A stretch of 64,000 nucleotides of DNA, taken from NCBI GenBank assembly GCA_965201075.1, contig CBDAVP010000001.1, forward strand, positions 62,001 to 126,000, in the 5' to 3' direction. Below the pieces are notes generated by a model that had not been told where the DNA came from, searched no databases, and worked only from the letters and a program-made list of their open reading frames with translations. The DNA is from Isosphaeraceae bacterium. Lineage in GTDB: Bacteria > Planctomycetota > Planctomycetia > Isosphaerales > Isosphaeraceae. Positions 19,469 to 29,545 of the stretch are shown here, piece after piece (within the stretch, counting starts at the first letter, position 1; the number at the start of each line of letters is the position of its first letter). The position numbers and the translations under genes are program-made.

Positions 19469-20940
19469 ACATCACCACCGTCATCGGCCTGGAAGTCCAC
19501 GTCCAACTGCTTACCGAAAGTAAGATGTTCTCCCCCTGCGGGACCGACTTCGGCCTACCGCCCAACACCCAGACCGACCCGGTTTCCCTGGGATTGCCGG
19601 GGACCTTGCCGGTGATGAACGGCCGGGCGTTTGAGCTGGCGCTGAAGACCGCCGTGGCCTTGGGCGCCCAGATCGCGCCGTTCACGAAGTGGGATCGGAA
19701 GAACTATTACTACCCCGATCTGCCCAAGAATTATCAGATCAGTCAGTATGACCTGCCGTTCAGCACCGGCGGCTCGCTCAAGGTCCCCACTCGCAAGGAC
19801 GGCACCGGCGGCGGCTCGATTCGCTTGACACGCATTCACCTGGAGGAGGACACGGGCAAGCTCACCCACGACGCCGGTGGTTTCTCCGAGGTGGATCTGA
19901 ACCGCGCGGGCATCCCCTTGCTGGAGATTGTGACCGAGCCGGAGCTGCGAGACGCCCAGGACGCCCGCCTCTGCCTTGATGAACTGCGGCTGACGTTGCG
20001 CTACCTGGGTGTCTCCGACTGCGAGATGCAGGAGGGCAGCCTACGCTGTGACGCCAACGTCAACCTCCACATCGAGACCGACGGGAAAACCGTCGCCACG
20101 CCGATCGCCGAGATCAAGAACCTCAACAGCTTCCGTTCCGTCGAGCGGGCCCTTTTGTATGAAGTTGATCGCCAGTTGAAGAAGTGGGAATCCGACGGTC
20201 TGACGATCCAGGACGCTCCCAAGACGACCCGGGGCTGGGACGATCCCGAGGGCGTCACCAAGCCCCAGCGAGAGAAGGAAACCGCCGCCGACTATCGCTA
20301 CTTCCCCGAGCCGGACCTCGTTCCCGTTGAGGTCGATGACGCCTGGCTGTCGCGGGTTCGCGAGTCGATCGGCGAACTTCCGGCCGCTCGCCGCCAGCGG
20401 TTTGAAACCGAATATGGCCTGCCCGCCTACGACGCGAATGTCCTGGTCGAGCAGGGGCAGGACGTGGCTGACTACTTCGACGAGGTCGCCCGCGCCACCG
20501 GAGACGCCAAGCTCGCCAGCAACTGGGTCCAGCAGGATGTGCTGCGGGTCGTCAAGGAGCGAAAGGTCAGCGTCGCCAACTACCCGATCTCCGCCGCCGT
20601 CCTGGCCGATTTGCTGCAAAAAGTGGGTCGCAAGGAACTGAACACCAACCAGGGTCGAGAGGTGCTGGCGAGGATGGTGGAGACCGGCGAGTCGGCCGAA
20701 GTGGTCATTCGCGACGGCGGCTTTGGGATGGTTTCCGACCGCGACGCGATCGCCACGGCCATCGACGCGGCGATCGCGGCGAATCCCAAGGCTGTTGACG
20801 ACCTGAAGGGGGGCAAGAAGAAGCCCGAAGCCGTCAAGGGATTTCTCCGCGGCCAGGTCATGAAGCAGACCGGCGGCAAGGCCGACCCCGCCCTCGTCGG
20901 CGAACTGCTCGACGCCAAACTCGCCCAGATCGCCGGCTGA
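19465..20940 (+). CDS. gatB: Asp/Glu-tRNA amidotransferase subunit B
   Basis: IGLEVHVQL, YYYPDLPKNYQISQ, HLEED, EGSLRCDANV, DYRYFPEPDL. Confidence 0.97.
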   Translation: MNITTVIGLEVHVQLLTESKMFSPCGTDFGLPPNTQTDPVSLGLPGTLPVMNGRAFELALKTAVALGAQIAPFTKWDRKNYYYPDLPKNYQISQYDLPFSTGGSLKVPTRKDGTGGGSIRLTRIHLEEDTGKLTHDAGGFSEVDLNRAGIPLLEIVTEPELRDAQDARLCLDELRLTLRYLGVSDCEMQEGSLRCDANVNLHIETDGKTVATPIAEIKNLNSFRSVERALLYEVDRQLKKWESDGLTIQDAPKTTRGWDDPEGVTKPQREKETAADYRYFPEPDLVPVEVDDAWLSRVRESIGELPAARRQRFETEYGLPAYDANVLVEQGQDVADYFDEVARATGDAKLASNWVQQDVLRVVKERKVSVANYPISAAVLADLLQKVGRKELNTNQGREVLARMVETGESAEVVIRDGGFGMVSDRDAIATAIDAAIAANPKAVDDLKGGKKKPEAVKGFLRGQVMKQTGGKADPALVGELLDAKLAQIAG

Positions 20941-20976
20941 TCCCACCGTGTCCCATTTTCCCTTCCAGGAGCCGCC

Positions 20977-21846
20977 ATGACGCCGATCGACCGCCGAGCG
21001 TTCCTCCAAACCGCCGCCGGCGCAGCACTGGCCGGGTCCGCCCTGTCGACCCACGCGGCCGACCCGCCTCGGCTGACCAAGAAGGCGTACATGCTGGGCG
21101 GAGACCTGCCGAAGGGGGAGATTCTGGGCAAGTTCCGGATGCTCAAGGACGCCGGCTTCGCGGGGGTTGAAATCAACAGCCCCAATGATGCCGACCCGTC
21201 CGAAATCCTCAAGGCCCGAGATGCGACCGGCCTGGTCATCCACGGCATTTGCGACTCGGCTCACTGGCAAGAGCCGTTCTCCTCGCCCGACCCCGAGGTC
21301 GCCGCCCGGGGCCTCGCCGCCGCCAAGAAAGCGATCGCCGACGCCAAGGTTTATGGAGCATCAACCGTTTTGCTGGTGCCGGCGGTGGTCAGCCCGAAGG
21401 TCTCTCACCGGCAGGCTTACGAGCGGTCGCAGGCCCAGATTCGCCAGTTGATCCCGGTGGCCGAGGCTCATGGGGTGAAGCTCGCCATCGAGGAAGTCTG
21501 GAACAAGTTCCTCCTGACGGCCCCCGAGTTCGCCCGCTACCTCGACGAGTTCCAGAGCCCCGCCGTCGGCGCCTATTTCGATGTGGGCAACGTGGTGGAG
21601 TACGGCTATCCCCAGGAGTGGATTCGCGAACTCGGCCGGCGCATCCTCAAGGTGCACATCAAGGAATACGCCAAGCCGAAGCGGTTCGACTACCTGCTGG
21701 GCGACGGCCACGAGATCGACTGGAAGGACGTCCGCCAGGCGTTCGCCGACATCGGCTACGACGGCTGGATCACCGCCGAGGTCTCGATCGACGACGCCGA
21801 CTCGGCCCGCGACGTGGTCAAGCGGATGGACGCCCTCCTGGGCTGA
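20977..21846 (+). CDS. Tat-exported sugar phosphate isomerase/epimerase (AP endonuclease 2 TIM barrel)
   Basis: DRRAFLQ Tat motif, AIEEVWNKFL, YFDVGN, VHIKEY. Confidence 0.88.
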   Translation: MTPIDRRAFLQTAAGAALAGSALSTHAADPPRLTKKAYMLGGDLPKGEILGKFRMLKDAGFAGVEINSPNDADPSEILKARDATGLVIHGICDSAHWQEPFSSPDPEVAARGLAAAKKAIADAKVYGASTVLLVPAVVSPKVSHRQAYERSQAQIRQLIPVAEAHGVKLAIEEVWNKFLLTAPEFARYLDEFQSPAVGAYFDVGNVVEYGYPQEWIRELGRRILKVHIKEYAKPKRFDYLLGDGHEIDWKDVRQAFADIGYDGWITAEVSIDDADSARDVVKRMDALLG

Positions 21847-22086
21847 GTCGTAGGCGATGGTGACGAGGTTGGTGGCGGCCCCCCCACCGCCGGCGAAGAC
21901 CCAGGTCTCGCCGACCTCGCGATGATCGGCGTCGTAGGCGTAGGTGACCTGGCGGTTGTCGCGGTCGGTGATGGAGGTGGTGTTGCCCACTACTTCGTGG
22001 GCGTTGGTAGCGAGGTCTCCCGTGGGGTCGGTGCCGGTGTTCAGCTGGCCGTCGAGGTCGAAGGCACAGGTGGCGCAGTGGTCCAA
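21847..22086 (-). pseudogene. Decayed RHS/YD-repeat fragment
   Basis: TCAFDLDGQL..TDPTG..TNAHEVVGNTTSITDRDNRQVTYAYDADHREVGETW..TNLVTIAYD: YD repeats, some eroded; no RHS core or toxin tip. Confidence 0.7.
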
Positions 22087-22134
22087 AGAGCTGTCATCAT
22101 CCTCTGATCTATATCCCCTTTAATTCGTCCACAC

Positions 22135-22350
22135 TTAAGTGTGGTGACCTACTTTATTCATCATGTAAAATACTATTAATGTTACAATAAAGGGGGTTGT
22201 AAAAATCACCTGGCTTAACGCAAGTTTGGCGAATCTGTTAAGACTCAGGTCGGCATAATTAAAAAAACAATACTTTACATTCACAACAAGCTTGACCACC
22301 ATGAGTGTAAATGATAACGCAATTGAAAATTCGGTTTTAGTTTTCATCAA
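22135..22350 (-). CDS. Small AT-rich two-TM ORF (possible orphan immunity protein)
   Basis: 71 aa with two hydrophobic segments in a visibly AT-rich patch. Confidence 0.4.
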   Translation of the reverse strand: MMKTKTEFSIALSFTLMVVKLVVNVKYCFFNYADLSLNRFAKLALSQVIFTTPFIVTLIVFYMMNKVGHHT

Positions 22351-22371
22351 ACATCTGTGTTGAAAACGTTA

Positions 22372-22505
22372 GGTCGTGTCCTACGCGGACTTGACGGCAG
22401 GGAATCTCAACCACTCTTCGAGTGACCAGACGTGCTCGGTCAACCCTGCCGCCATCGTCGGAGTTTTCCTCTGCCAGGTCCTGTCCACGGACCGGATGCG
22501 GAGTG
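22372..22505 (-). mobile_element. IS1-family-like transposase 3' remnant with probable terminal repeat
   Basis: Manual translation of minus frame ending TAG 22381-22383: LRIRSVDRTWQRKTPTMAAGLTEHVWSLEEWLRFPAVKSA*; GGTCGTGTCC at 22372 marks the sharp composition boundary. Confidence 0.65.
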
Positions 22506-22530
22506 GTTGCTCAACCTTCCGGTGGGACAA

Positions 22531-23004
22531 CTACTTCTTGGGGGCCCACTTGAGGAAGGTGAAGATGATTGGCTCGGTGCCGGTGTTGCGGATGCCGTGA
22601 GAGACCTCCGGCTCGGTGAACATGACCGAGCCGGGGCCAATCGGTGTCGTCTTCCCGTCCACGAAAATCTCGCCGTGACCGGCCTCGATCACCATGACTT
22701 CTTCCTCGGGGTGAACGTGCGGCGGGTGGGGTGACTCTCCCGGATTCAGCACCAGGCGGCCGATGACCAGGTCGCGGCTGCGGGCCGACTCGCCGGCCGC
22801 GTAAATGCCGATCTTGCCGACGGTCTTCCCCTCGTAGCTGTATGGCTTCATGGGTACGTCGTCGAGGTTAATGGTTCGCGACGTGACCGCGGCGGGGTCG
22901 GAATCGCGAGCATGGGCCCACTCGCGGCCAGCCCAGCCGATGGCCAGCAGGAGGGCCAGAGCGGTCGGCGAGGAGCGGTGAAGCCCTGAAAGGAAGGACG
23001 GCAT
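22531..23004 (-). CDS. Exported cupin domain protein
   Basis: PHPPHVHPEEEV...G and HGIRNTG cupin motifs; N-terminal hydrophobic segment. Confidence 0.85.
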   Translation of the reverse strand: MPSFLSGLHRSSPTALALLLAIGWAGREWAHARDSDPAAVTSRTINLDDVPMKPYSYEGKTVGKIGIYAAGESARSRDLVIGRLVLNPGESPHPPHVHPEEEVMVIEAGHGEIFVDGKTTPIGPGSVMFTEPEVSHGIRNTGTEPIIFTFLKWAPKK

Positions 23005-23080
23005 GGGGACATCTCGGGAAGGGTCGAGGATTCGGGTCGGCGGACGCAACGCGACATCGTAACGACCCGGGGCCCCGCCG

Positions 23081-24484
23081 TCATCTCGCAACAAGGCCCT
23101 GGAGCAACAGGGCGTGGGCGTCGGCCAGGTTGAGGGGTCCGGAGTCGCCCGGGGCGGGGCCGTCGCCAATGAGGACAGGCCGGTCGGCGTCGGTCTCGGC
23201 GGGGAGGCCGTGAGAGCCCTTGACCAGCGACGGGTCTAGCGGGATCACGTCAAACAGGGTGCGGAATCCCAGCTTCTTCTGGATCAAGCGGCGCATCGCG
23301 CGAGCTTGGGGAAACGCCAGCTTCGGGTCGAAGAACAGCTCGCAGGGGTCGTACCCGGGCTTGCGGTGGATGTCGACGGTGCGGGCGTAATCCGGGGCGG
23401 CCCGGTCGTCGAGCCAGAACGGGTAGGCAAACCAGGCATCGGGGTCAGACAGGGCGACAATCACACCGGAACGGGGATGATTCAGTTCGACCTCGGCGCG
23501 TTCTTCGAGGACCAGCAAGCGGTCGACGCCCGGCTCGGCTTTCAGAAGATCGGCCACCCGAGGCACATCCGCCGGATTACGTACATAGACATGAGCAATT
23601 TGATGGTCGCAAACGGCGAAGGCTCGACTGTTGTGCGGCTCGAAGACCTCTCCAAAGGGGCCAGGACGCGTCGAAAGGAGACCGGCTCGTCGCAGGATTC
23701 GATTGGGCAGGACCACTCGCGAGACGTCGCGATGACCATACTCGCCGAAGACCCAGACCCGCGCCCCCTGCCGTTTCGCCTCGTCGAGCAGCGGGGCGCA
23801 TGCCTCATCCAGCTCGTGGACCAGTTTCGGCAGGTCGCAACCGGAAGGACCTCGACGCTGGGGCCCGTAATCCAGATGCGGCAGGTAGACCATCGAGAGA
23901 TTTGGCCGCTCGTCCCTCAAGACTTCCGCCGCGCTCCGGGCGATCCAATCGGTGCAGGGACGCCCCGCGCCGGGTCCCCAGAAGGTGCGGAAGGGAAACG
24001 GGCCAAACTTTGCTTCGAGGCGGTCGGTCAAGCCCTCCGGAGTGCCGGCGATCCCGAACGCCTTGTTGCCGTCGGCCCCGTAATATGGCTTGGGGGTAAC
24101 ACTCAGGTCGACCGCCGCTCCCTGGTTGAACCACCAGAACAGCTTGGCGGCGCGGAACGCCTGGCCCTGTTCCGCCGCCAACCGCCGGGCCGTCTCGTAC
24201 AGGGGCTCGGCCTGCAACAGCGTGGCCGACTGCTGCCAGAACCGGACCTCGCCGGTGTCTCGAAAGAACCAGCCGTTGCCGACGATGCCGTGGTCGCGGG
24301 GGGCCTTGCCCGTCAACAGACTCGCCTGAGCGGTACAGGTGACCGACGGGGTCGCTTCCCGCAACGGGCGCCACCAGCCGGCCGCGGCCAAAGCGGCCAG
24401 CCGGGGGGCCATTGGCAGGAGGCGACTCGTCAGGCCGACCGCGTCGATCAGCACCAGCGGGGCAACATCGCGGGTTCCAGGCAT
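23081..24484 (-). CDS. Alkaline phosphatase superfamily nucleotide pyrophosphatase/phosphodiesterase (EboF-like)
   Basis: IDAVGL, PSVTCTAQ (Thr nucleophile), HGIVGNGW, YLPHLDY, VDIHRKPGYDP, KGSHG. Confidence 0.88.
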   Translation of the reverse strand: MPGTRDVAPLVLIDAVGLTSRLLPMAPRLAALAAAGWWRPLREATPSVTCTAQASLLTGKAPRDHGIVGNGWFFRDTGEVRFWQQSATLLQAEPLYETARRLAAEQGQAFRAAKLFWWFNQGAAVDLSVTPKPYYGADGNKAFGIAGTPEGLTDRLEAKFGPFPFRTFWGPGAGRPCTDWIARSAAEVLRDERPNLSMVYLPHLDYGPQRRGPSGCDLPKLVHELDEACAPLLDEAKRQGARVWVFGEYGHRDVSRVVLPNRILRRAGLLSTRPGPFGEVFEPHNSRAFAVCDHQIAHVYVRNPADVPRVADLLKAEPGVDRLLVLEERAEVELNHPRSGVIVALSDPDAWFAYPFWLDDRAAPDYARTVDIHRKPGYDPCELFFDPKLAFPQARAMRRLIQKKLGFRTLFDVIPLDPSLVKGSHGLPAETDADRPVLIGDGPAPGDSGPLNLADAHALLLQGLVAR

Positions 24485-24488
24485 CGGC

Positions 24489-27185
24489 TCAGGCCACGGC
24501 AACCTGAGCCGGGGCCGCCGCCGTCGCGGGGACCTGATACGCCAGGAACCGCCGCCACCAGGCCGAGCCGGCGAACGACAGCACTCCGGCGGCCGTCGCC
24601 AGGACGACTCCCTGACCACCGCCCTCGGTGAACCCGTAGCTATGCAGCCCAACCCCCAGCACGAAGTTTACCCCGTACCAGGCCATCACCACCGACAGGA
24701 AGCACGCCACCGACGACAGCACCAGGCCAAAGGTGTTGACCCAGCCGGCGAAGCGACCGTGCAGCGGGACGATGTAAATCAACAAGGTAATGAGGGCCCA
24801 GGTTTCCTTGGGGTCCCAGCCCCAGAAGCGGCCCCACGACTTGTCAGCCCACCAGCCTCCCAGGAACGTCCCGGCCGCCACCAGGAGGACGCCCACTTGC
24901 ATCGCCCGATAGATGAAATTCGCCAGTGGCTTGATCGTCGAGGCCCGCTCCTGCATGGCCAGGGCGCGCGAGTCAAGGGCCGGACGAGTCGCCGCGATCC
25001 GAGCACGGATTTCGTCGACCGTCGGCTTGGCCCCCAGCGTGATCGTCGAGCCGGAGGCCGGGACGCCGACCGGTTCGGACGATTGAGGTCGAGCGGTCTG
25101 GCTCCGGAAGTTGACCCGACTCAGAAGTTCACCCAGCAAAGCGCCGATCGAAACGATCGCCATGCAGCCGCCGAGGCCGGCGACCGTCGCGCCGATCCGG
25201 TAGCCCATCGCGCTGCCGACCGACGACGGCCACAAGCCCCGCTCCGAGGCGTGCATCGCCCCCACTCCCAGCACCGCCAGGAATGGCGCGAAGATTAAAG
25301 GGGTGGCCAGTTCCAGGAACCCCACGTCTCGGCGGTAGGTCGCTGTCAGGTAGTAGCAAACCCCGATCAACCCCAGGCCCATCGCCAGCGCGAACGCGGC
25401 GTAGCTGGAGACGATCGTCATGACGTGAACGGTCAGCCAGAAGTTGTCCCGCAGCACCGGCGGCAGCGCTTTGATGTTGGAATCGAGCAGGGGGACGTTA
25501 TACGCCAGAACCGTCATCACCAGCGCGATGCCGCTGGCGGCCAGCGCCGTGTACGTCTTGCGGTAGATCGCCTCCAGCACAACGCCAAGCACCGAGGCGA
25601 CCAGGGCGACCCAGATGACCGTCTCGTACATGTTCGTCACCGGCGCCCAGCCCGAGATATAGACTCGCTGGGTGAAGCCAAAAATCTCCCAGCCGATCCC
25701 CGCCACCAGGGCGAGAATCCCGGCAGAGTACAGTCCCCGTCGGAGCCAACTCGGGCCCGAGGCGGTCCGGGCTGGCACTCCCAAACTGATCATCAGCAGC
25801 AGCAAGGCCGCCCCGTAGCATTGCGGGGCCTTGTAGAACGGGGCGATCGCGTTGAAGCGGGTCTCGGCGGCGATCTTGCCGGCGGCGGGATACGATTCCA
25901 GCGACTCGCCCAGCGACCTCGCCGCGACGACCACCGCCGACGCCTTCGCCTCGGGAGCCCGCCCGGGCGCCGAGGACTCAGCGGCCACCAGTTCCGCGAA
26001 CGCCTGGCGTAAACCGTCCGACTCCTGCGACGGGTAGCCGGCCTGGGCCAACTGGGCGGGGTCGGCCTCTCGGAAGATGTGCATCGGCATCCAGTCGGCG
26101 GTCTCTCGCAGCCAGGCCTGGAAGTTTCGCACCACCTTCGGCGTGTCGGACCCCAGCGATTCGCCCGGCTTCAAACCCGTCATGAACCGAAACAGGGCGA
26201 CGCGGTCCTCTTTCTGAAGGTCGTTGAAATACCTCGCCAGCACGGTCGAGGAGTCACGGTCCAGGTCGGTCGCGAGCGTGATCTCCCCTCCCGGCGCGCG
26301 GACCGCGCGATCCTCGTCCATTCGACGCAGGAACGCGTCGGCCAGAAACTTCAGGGCGATGGCGTTGTGAGGGCGCGGAACGAAGCGATCGAAGTCGTCG
26401 ATCCGAGGGGCTTGCGGAGACGCTGGGGGGTGGTCGCCGCGAATCGTTTGGTAAGCCAGGAGCCGCTCGCCCGCCTCAAAGGCCCGCTCCTCCAGCGGGG
26501 AGAGCCGGGCTCCGCGGCCCATCGCGGCCGATTCCTCTCGGTGGCGGGCATAAAGGCTGGCGAACCACTGGGCGAAGGTCTGCGTCGTGCCGCCCTCTTC
26601 CCCCTCGATCCGGGCGTCTTCCAGATCCCGGGGCGAAAGATATTTCGACCCCTCCCCCAGCTTGCGGGCCAGCGACGAGAACTCCTTGCGATCGGTGTCG
26701 GCCAGGCCGGCCAGAGTCGCCGCGGCAGTCAGGTCCTTGGCGGTGACGACCGGATGCCTGGACAGTTCCTTCAAGGCCGAACGCGACGAATCGGGCAGGC
26801 CGTCGCGAGCGGCGACCGTGGCAACTCGGCTCTTGACCGGCCCAGCCAGCAGCTTTTCCTTGAGCGGCGGATACTCGACCAGCAGGAATTCCTCGTCGTC
26901 CCAGGCGTCGGGCCGGGCCATCCAGTCAAGGTACGCGGCGATCGGCCCCCAGGTCTCTCGGGTCGTGCCGTCGGGGTTGGTCAGCTTGATCCGCTCACGT
27001 CCATAAATCTTGCGGACTTCCAGACGGGCCAGGGTGTCCAGCGGCTTGACCCGGCCATCGCGCATCACCGCCAACGGGCCAATCGCCCCGGATTGATAGG
27101 TCGGGGCCACCTCGGCGGCCAGGCATGGGTTCGTCAAGGTCGCCAGGATCAAAACGAGGCCAGTCAGGGCGGCGGATCGACGCAT
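24489..27185 (-). CDS. ccsA: Cytochrome c biogenesis protein, system II (CcsA/ResC)
   Basis: GRVKPLDTLAR, APVTNMYE, WLTVHV, WADKSWGRFWGWDPKETW, GLHSYG. Alternative TTG start 27242. Confidence 0.92.
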   Translation of the reverse strand: MRRSAALTGLVLILATLTNPCLAAEVAPTYQSGAIGPLAVMRDGRVKPLDTLARLEVRKIYGRERIKLTNPDGTTRETWGPIAAYLDWMARPDAWDDEEFLLVEYPPLKEKLLAGPVKSRVATVAARDGLPDSSRSALKELSRHPVVTAKDLTAAATLAGLADTDRKEFSSLARKLGEGSKYLSPRDLEDARIEGEEGGTTQTFAQWFASLYARHREESAAMGRGARLSPLEERAFEAGERLLAYQTIRGDHPPASPQAPRIDDFDRFVPRPHNAIALKFLADAFLRRMDEDRAVRAPGGEITLATDLDRDSSTVLARYFNDLQKEDRVALFRFMTGLKPGESLGSDTPKVVRNFQAWLRETADWMPMHIFREADPAQLAQAGYPSQESDGLRQAFAELVAAESSAPGRAPEAKASAVVVAARSLGESLESYPAAGKIAAETRFNAIAPFYKAPQCYGAALLLLMISLGVPARTASGPSWLRRGLYSAGILALVAGIGWEIFGFTQRVYISGWAPVTNMYETVIWVALVASVLGVVLEAIYRKTYTALAASGIALVMTVLAYNVPLLDSNIKALPPVLRDNFWLTVHVMTIVSSYAAFALAMGLGLIGVCYYLTATYRRDVGFLELATPLIFAPFLAVLGVGAMHASERGLWPSSVGSAMGYRIGATVAGLGGCMAIVSIGALLGELLSRVNFRSQTARPQSSEPVGVPASGSTITLGAKPTVDEIRARIAATRPALDSRALAMQERASTIKPLANFIYRAMQVGVLLVAAGTFLGGWWADKSWGRFWGWDPKETWALITLLIYIVPLHGRFAGWVNTFGLVLSSVACFLSVVMAWYGVNFVLGVGLHSYGFTEGGGQGVVLATAAGVLSFAGSAWWRRFLAYQVPATAAAPAQVAVA

Positions 27186-27238
27186 CGCGGGCTCCCGGGA
27201 GGCTCGTCTCCCTCGGTGGGTGAGTTGTCGGATTCGGT

Positions 27239-29338
27239 TCAAAGCGGTTCGTCGGGGGGCGTGGACCGGGAGGTTTCCCCGCTCGCGGCGCCGGCCTTCC
27301 TGAAGGAAAAGATGCCCGACCTCATGTAAAATTGGATGAACGCCCCCAGAATGACCAAGTACGACCCGGCGTACATCACCTGCCAGGCCGGGTCATACCG
27401 CACCTGGAAGACCGACCGGAATTGTCCCGTCGGCTGCTCGTTGGCGTCCTCGATCGGCGTGAAGTTCGACTGGTAGAACGCATAACCCCGGTGGTTCATC
27501 GGGTTGTTCATCCAGATCTTGCGGCGTTCGTCCTCGATCCCCTTCTCCGGGTCGTTGATCAACACCGTACTGATGTAGCTGGACCGTTTTGACGACCCCG
27601 GATCGGTGTCCGACTGGAAATCCTCCAGCTTCATGCGGAAGCCCAGCGGCTTACGGACAAGATCGTAGGCCACGTCGTAGGCGGCATCCTTGAACAGGAC
27701 CGGCCCGGCCCCTTCTCGGCCAAACGCGGGCTCGAACTCGCCAGTGCGGCGGACCCAGAACTCTCGGTTTTCTCCCTTGACGGTCAACGCCACCCGCACC
27801 GCCTTGAAGCCATTGTCAACCTCGTTGGGAGGCAGGTTGACCGGGACGCACGTTTGCACTTCCTTGCCCGAGGGCAGGTAGTGGTCCACCCGAAACGTCA
27901 GGCTCATCGCCCGGCCCTCGCCGCCGAACGCCGCGACGTCCTCCTCGGGGCGGAACGGGCCAGGAGCCACTCTCATGCCGTCCAGGGCGAAGACCCGCCG
28001 GTACAACTTACCGTCGGGCGTGCCCAGGATCTCAATCACTCCGCGAGTCAGGCTCATCGGGTTCACGCCCGGCTTGCGGGACTCGGCGATGTCGGCCTCC
28101 AGCGGCGGCGTGAAGTAGCCGACCCGGAGCAGGGGAGTTCCGGTCTGGCCAACGCGCTCGGCCATGAACTTCGCCATTGCCGGCAGGGTGCTGAACCCCT
28201 CCACGCCCTGAGACGGCCCCGACCCCTTCTGGACCTTGAAGTGGACCACCGGGAACGTCGATTCGCCCGTGTCGCGGCCGATGGCGCGGTTGGCGTCGGG
28301 GTAGGTGTCGGTGCGGACGAACGTCGCGGTCAGGTCGCTGTCCGGCAGAGTCTCGGTCCGCGGCTTGTCGTCGACCGGCCAATCAAACACCCGCTCCTTC
28401 CCCTGCTTGTCGACATAGTGGAGTCGGGCCAGTCGCTGGGTGTTAGGGTCGGCGGGGGGGTGGAGGAAGTCGTCGAGGAGGTCGGGCGTTTCGGCGAACT
28501 GGAACACGAAGCGGGCGGGCTTGACATCTCGGACGACCCGGCCGAACTCGTTGCGGGCCACCAGCCAGCGCATCCGGCCGCTCGGGTCCTCCTGGCGCAT
28601 GGCGAACAGGTCGAACTCCCTGGGAGAGCCGGGCGGGCGGGCCATCGCCGAGAGCTGAAGCATCGGCACGCCCTCCGACCCGGTCGCCGCGGGCTCGTGC
28701 AGGAACCGGCGGGCCGAGGCGGGCAGAAACCCGGTCAGCTTCACGCGAAACGGCTCGCCGTCGTGGGAAAGGTCTTCCACCCGGTCGGGCCCCCAGGCGA
28801 AGGGACCCGGCTGGAAGGGGATTTCGTATTCCTTGTCGAGCTTGCCTGTCCCGGGGTCGAGCCGCCTGAGCCGCAGGATGGCCGAGTCGGGCTGAGCCAT
28901 GACCACGTCATGCTCCTCGCCTTCGAGGTAGCCCACCTGCCCCTCCTCGGCGTACTGCTTCGACAGGAACGAGCCGGCCAGCAGGATCAACAGCCCCAGG
29001 TGCGTGATGACGAACCCGATCTGCCGGCGCTTCCAGGGAAAGCGGATCGTCGCGGCGCACAGGATGTTCACCCCAAGCACCGCCAGCAAAAGGGCGAACG
29101 GCGTGCTGCGGTAAATGACGTCCTGGACCGCCGAGGTGCCGTACTTGCTCTCGAAGAAGGTGCCATAGGCCAGCACCGCCGAGAGGGTCAGCAGGCTAAT
29201 CACGGCCAGCTTCAGCGAGGCCAGGAACCGATAGGTGCCGTCCAGCACGCGTCTCAAGGTTCCAGGGGCCGGGGCCGCCGAGGCGCCCGGGCGCGGCGAC
29301 GGAGGGACAGGGGCCGACGGCTTGGTGGCGGTCGCCAT
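27239..29338 (-). CDS. Cytochrome c biogenesis protein ResB/CcsB-like
   Basis: FLASLKLAV, GTFFES, GFVITHLG, MNNPMNHRGYAFYQS, DPAW; directly upstream of ccsA. Confidence 0.85.
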   Translation of the reverse strand: MATATKPSAPVPPSPRPGASAAPAPGTLRRVLDGTYRFLASLKLAVISLLTLSAVLAYGTFFESKYGTSAVQDVIYRSTPFALLLAVLGVNILCAATIRFPWKRRQIGFVITHLGLLILLAGSFLSKQYAEEGQVGYLEGEEHDVVMAQPDSAILRLRRLDPGTGKLDKEYEIPFQPGPFAWGPDRVEDLSHDGEPFRVKLTGFLPASARRFLHEPAATGSEGVPMLQLSAMARPPGSPREFDLFAMRQEDPSGRMRWLVARNEFGRVVRDVKPARFVFQFAETPDLLDDFLHPPADPNTQRLARLHYVDKQGKERVFDWPVDDKPRTETLPDSDLTATFVRTDTYPDANRAIGRDTGESTFPVVHFKVQKGSGPSQGVEGFSTLPAMAKFMAERVGQTGTPLLRVGYFTPPLEADIAESRKPGVNPMSLTRGVIEILGTPDGKLYRRVFALDGMRVAPGPFRPEEDVAAFGGEGRAMSLTFRVDHYLPSGKEVQTCVPVNLPPNEVDNGFKAVRVALTVKGENREFWVRRTGEFEPAFGREGAGPVLFKDAAYDVAYDLVRKPLGFRMKLEDFQSDTDPGSSKRSSYISTVLINDPEKGIEDERRKIWMNNPMNHRGYAFYQSNFTPIEDANEQPTGQFRSVFQVRYDPAWQVMYAGSYLVILGAFIQFYMRSGIFSFRKAGAASGETSRSTPPDEPL

Positions 29339-29545
29339 GATCGGGGGTGGGCCTCGACGGGGGGCGGGCGGGCGATCTCGCCGACCCACGAGCACGAGCG
29401 GGGGCCGGCGGGAGGGGCAAAATCGGTCGGGCAACGCGGGCGGCGGGCGGTCTCTCGCTGTTCTTCCTACGCCGGGAGTCCGCCATTTGTTGGCGCGGCC
29501 CCGACGACTCTCCTCGAATGTATCCCCCCCGGCCTCGCTCGGCAA

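Noticed and set aside
21361..22086. 241-aa ORF as an intact RHS gene
   Set aside because: Only the first ~80 aa are YD-like; the rest is antisense to the epimerase.
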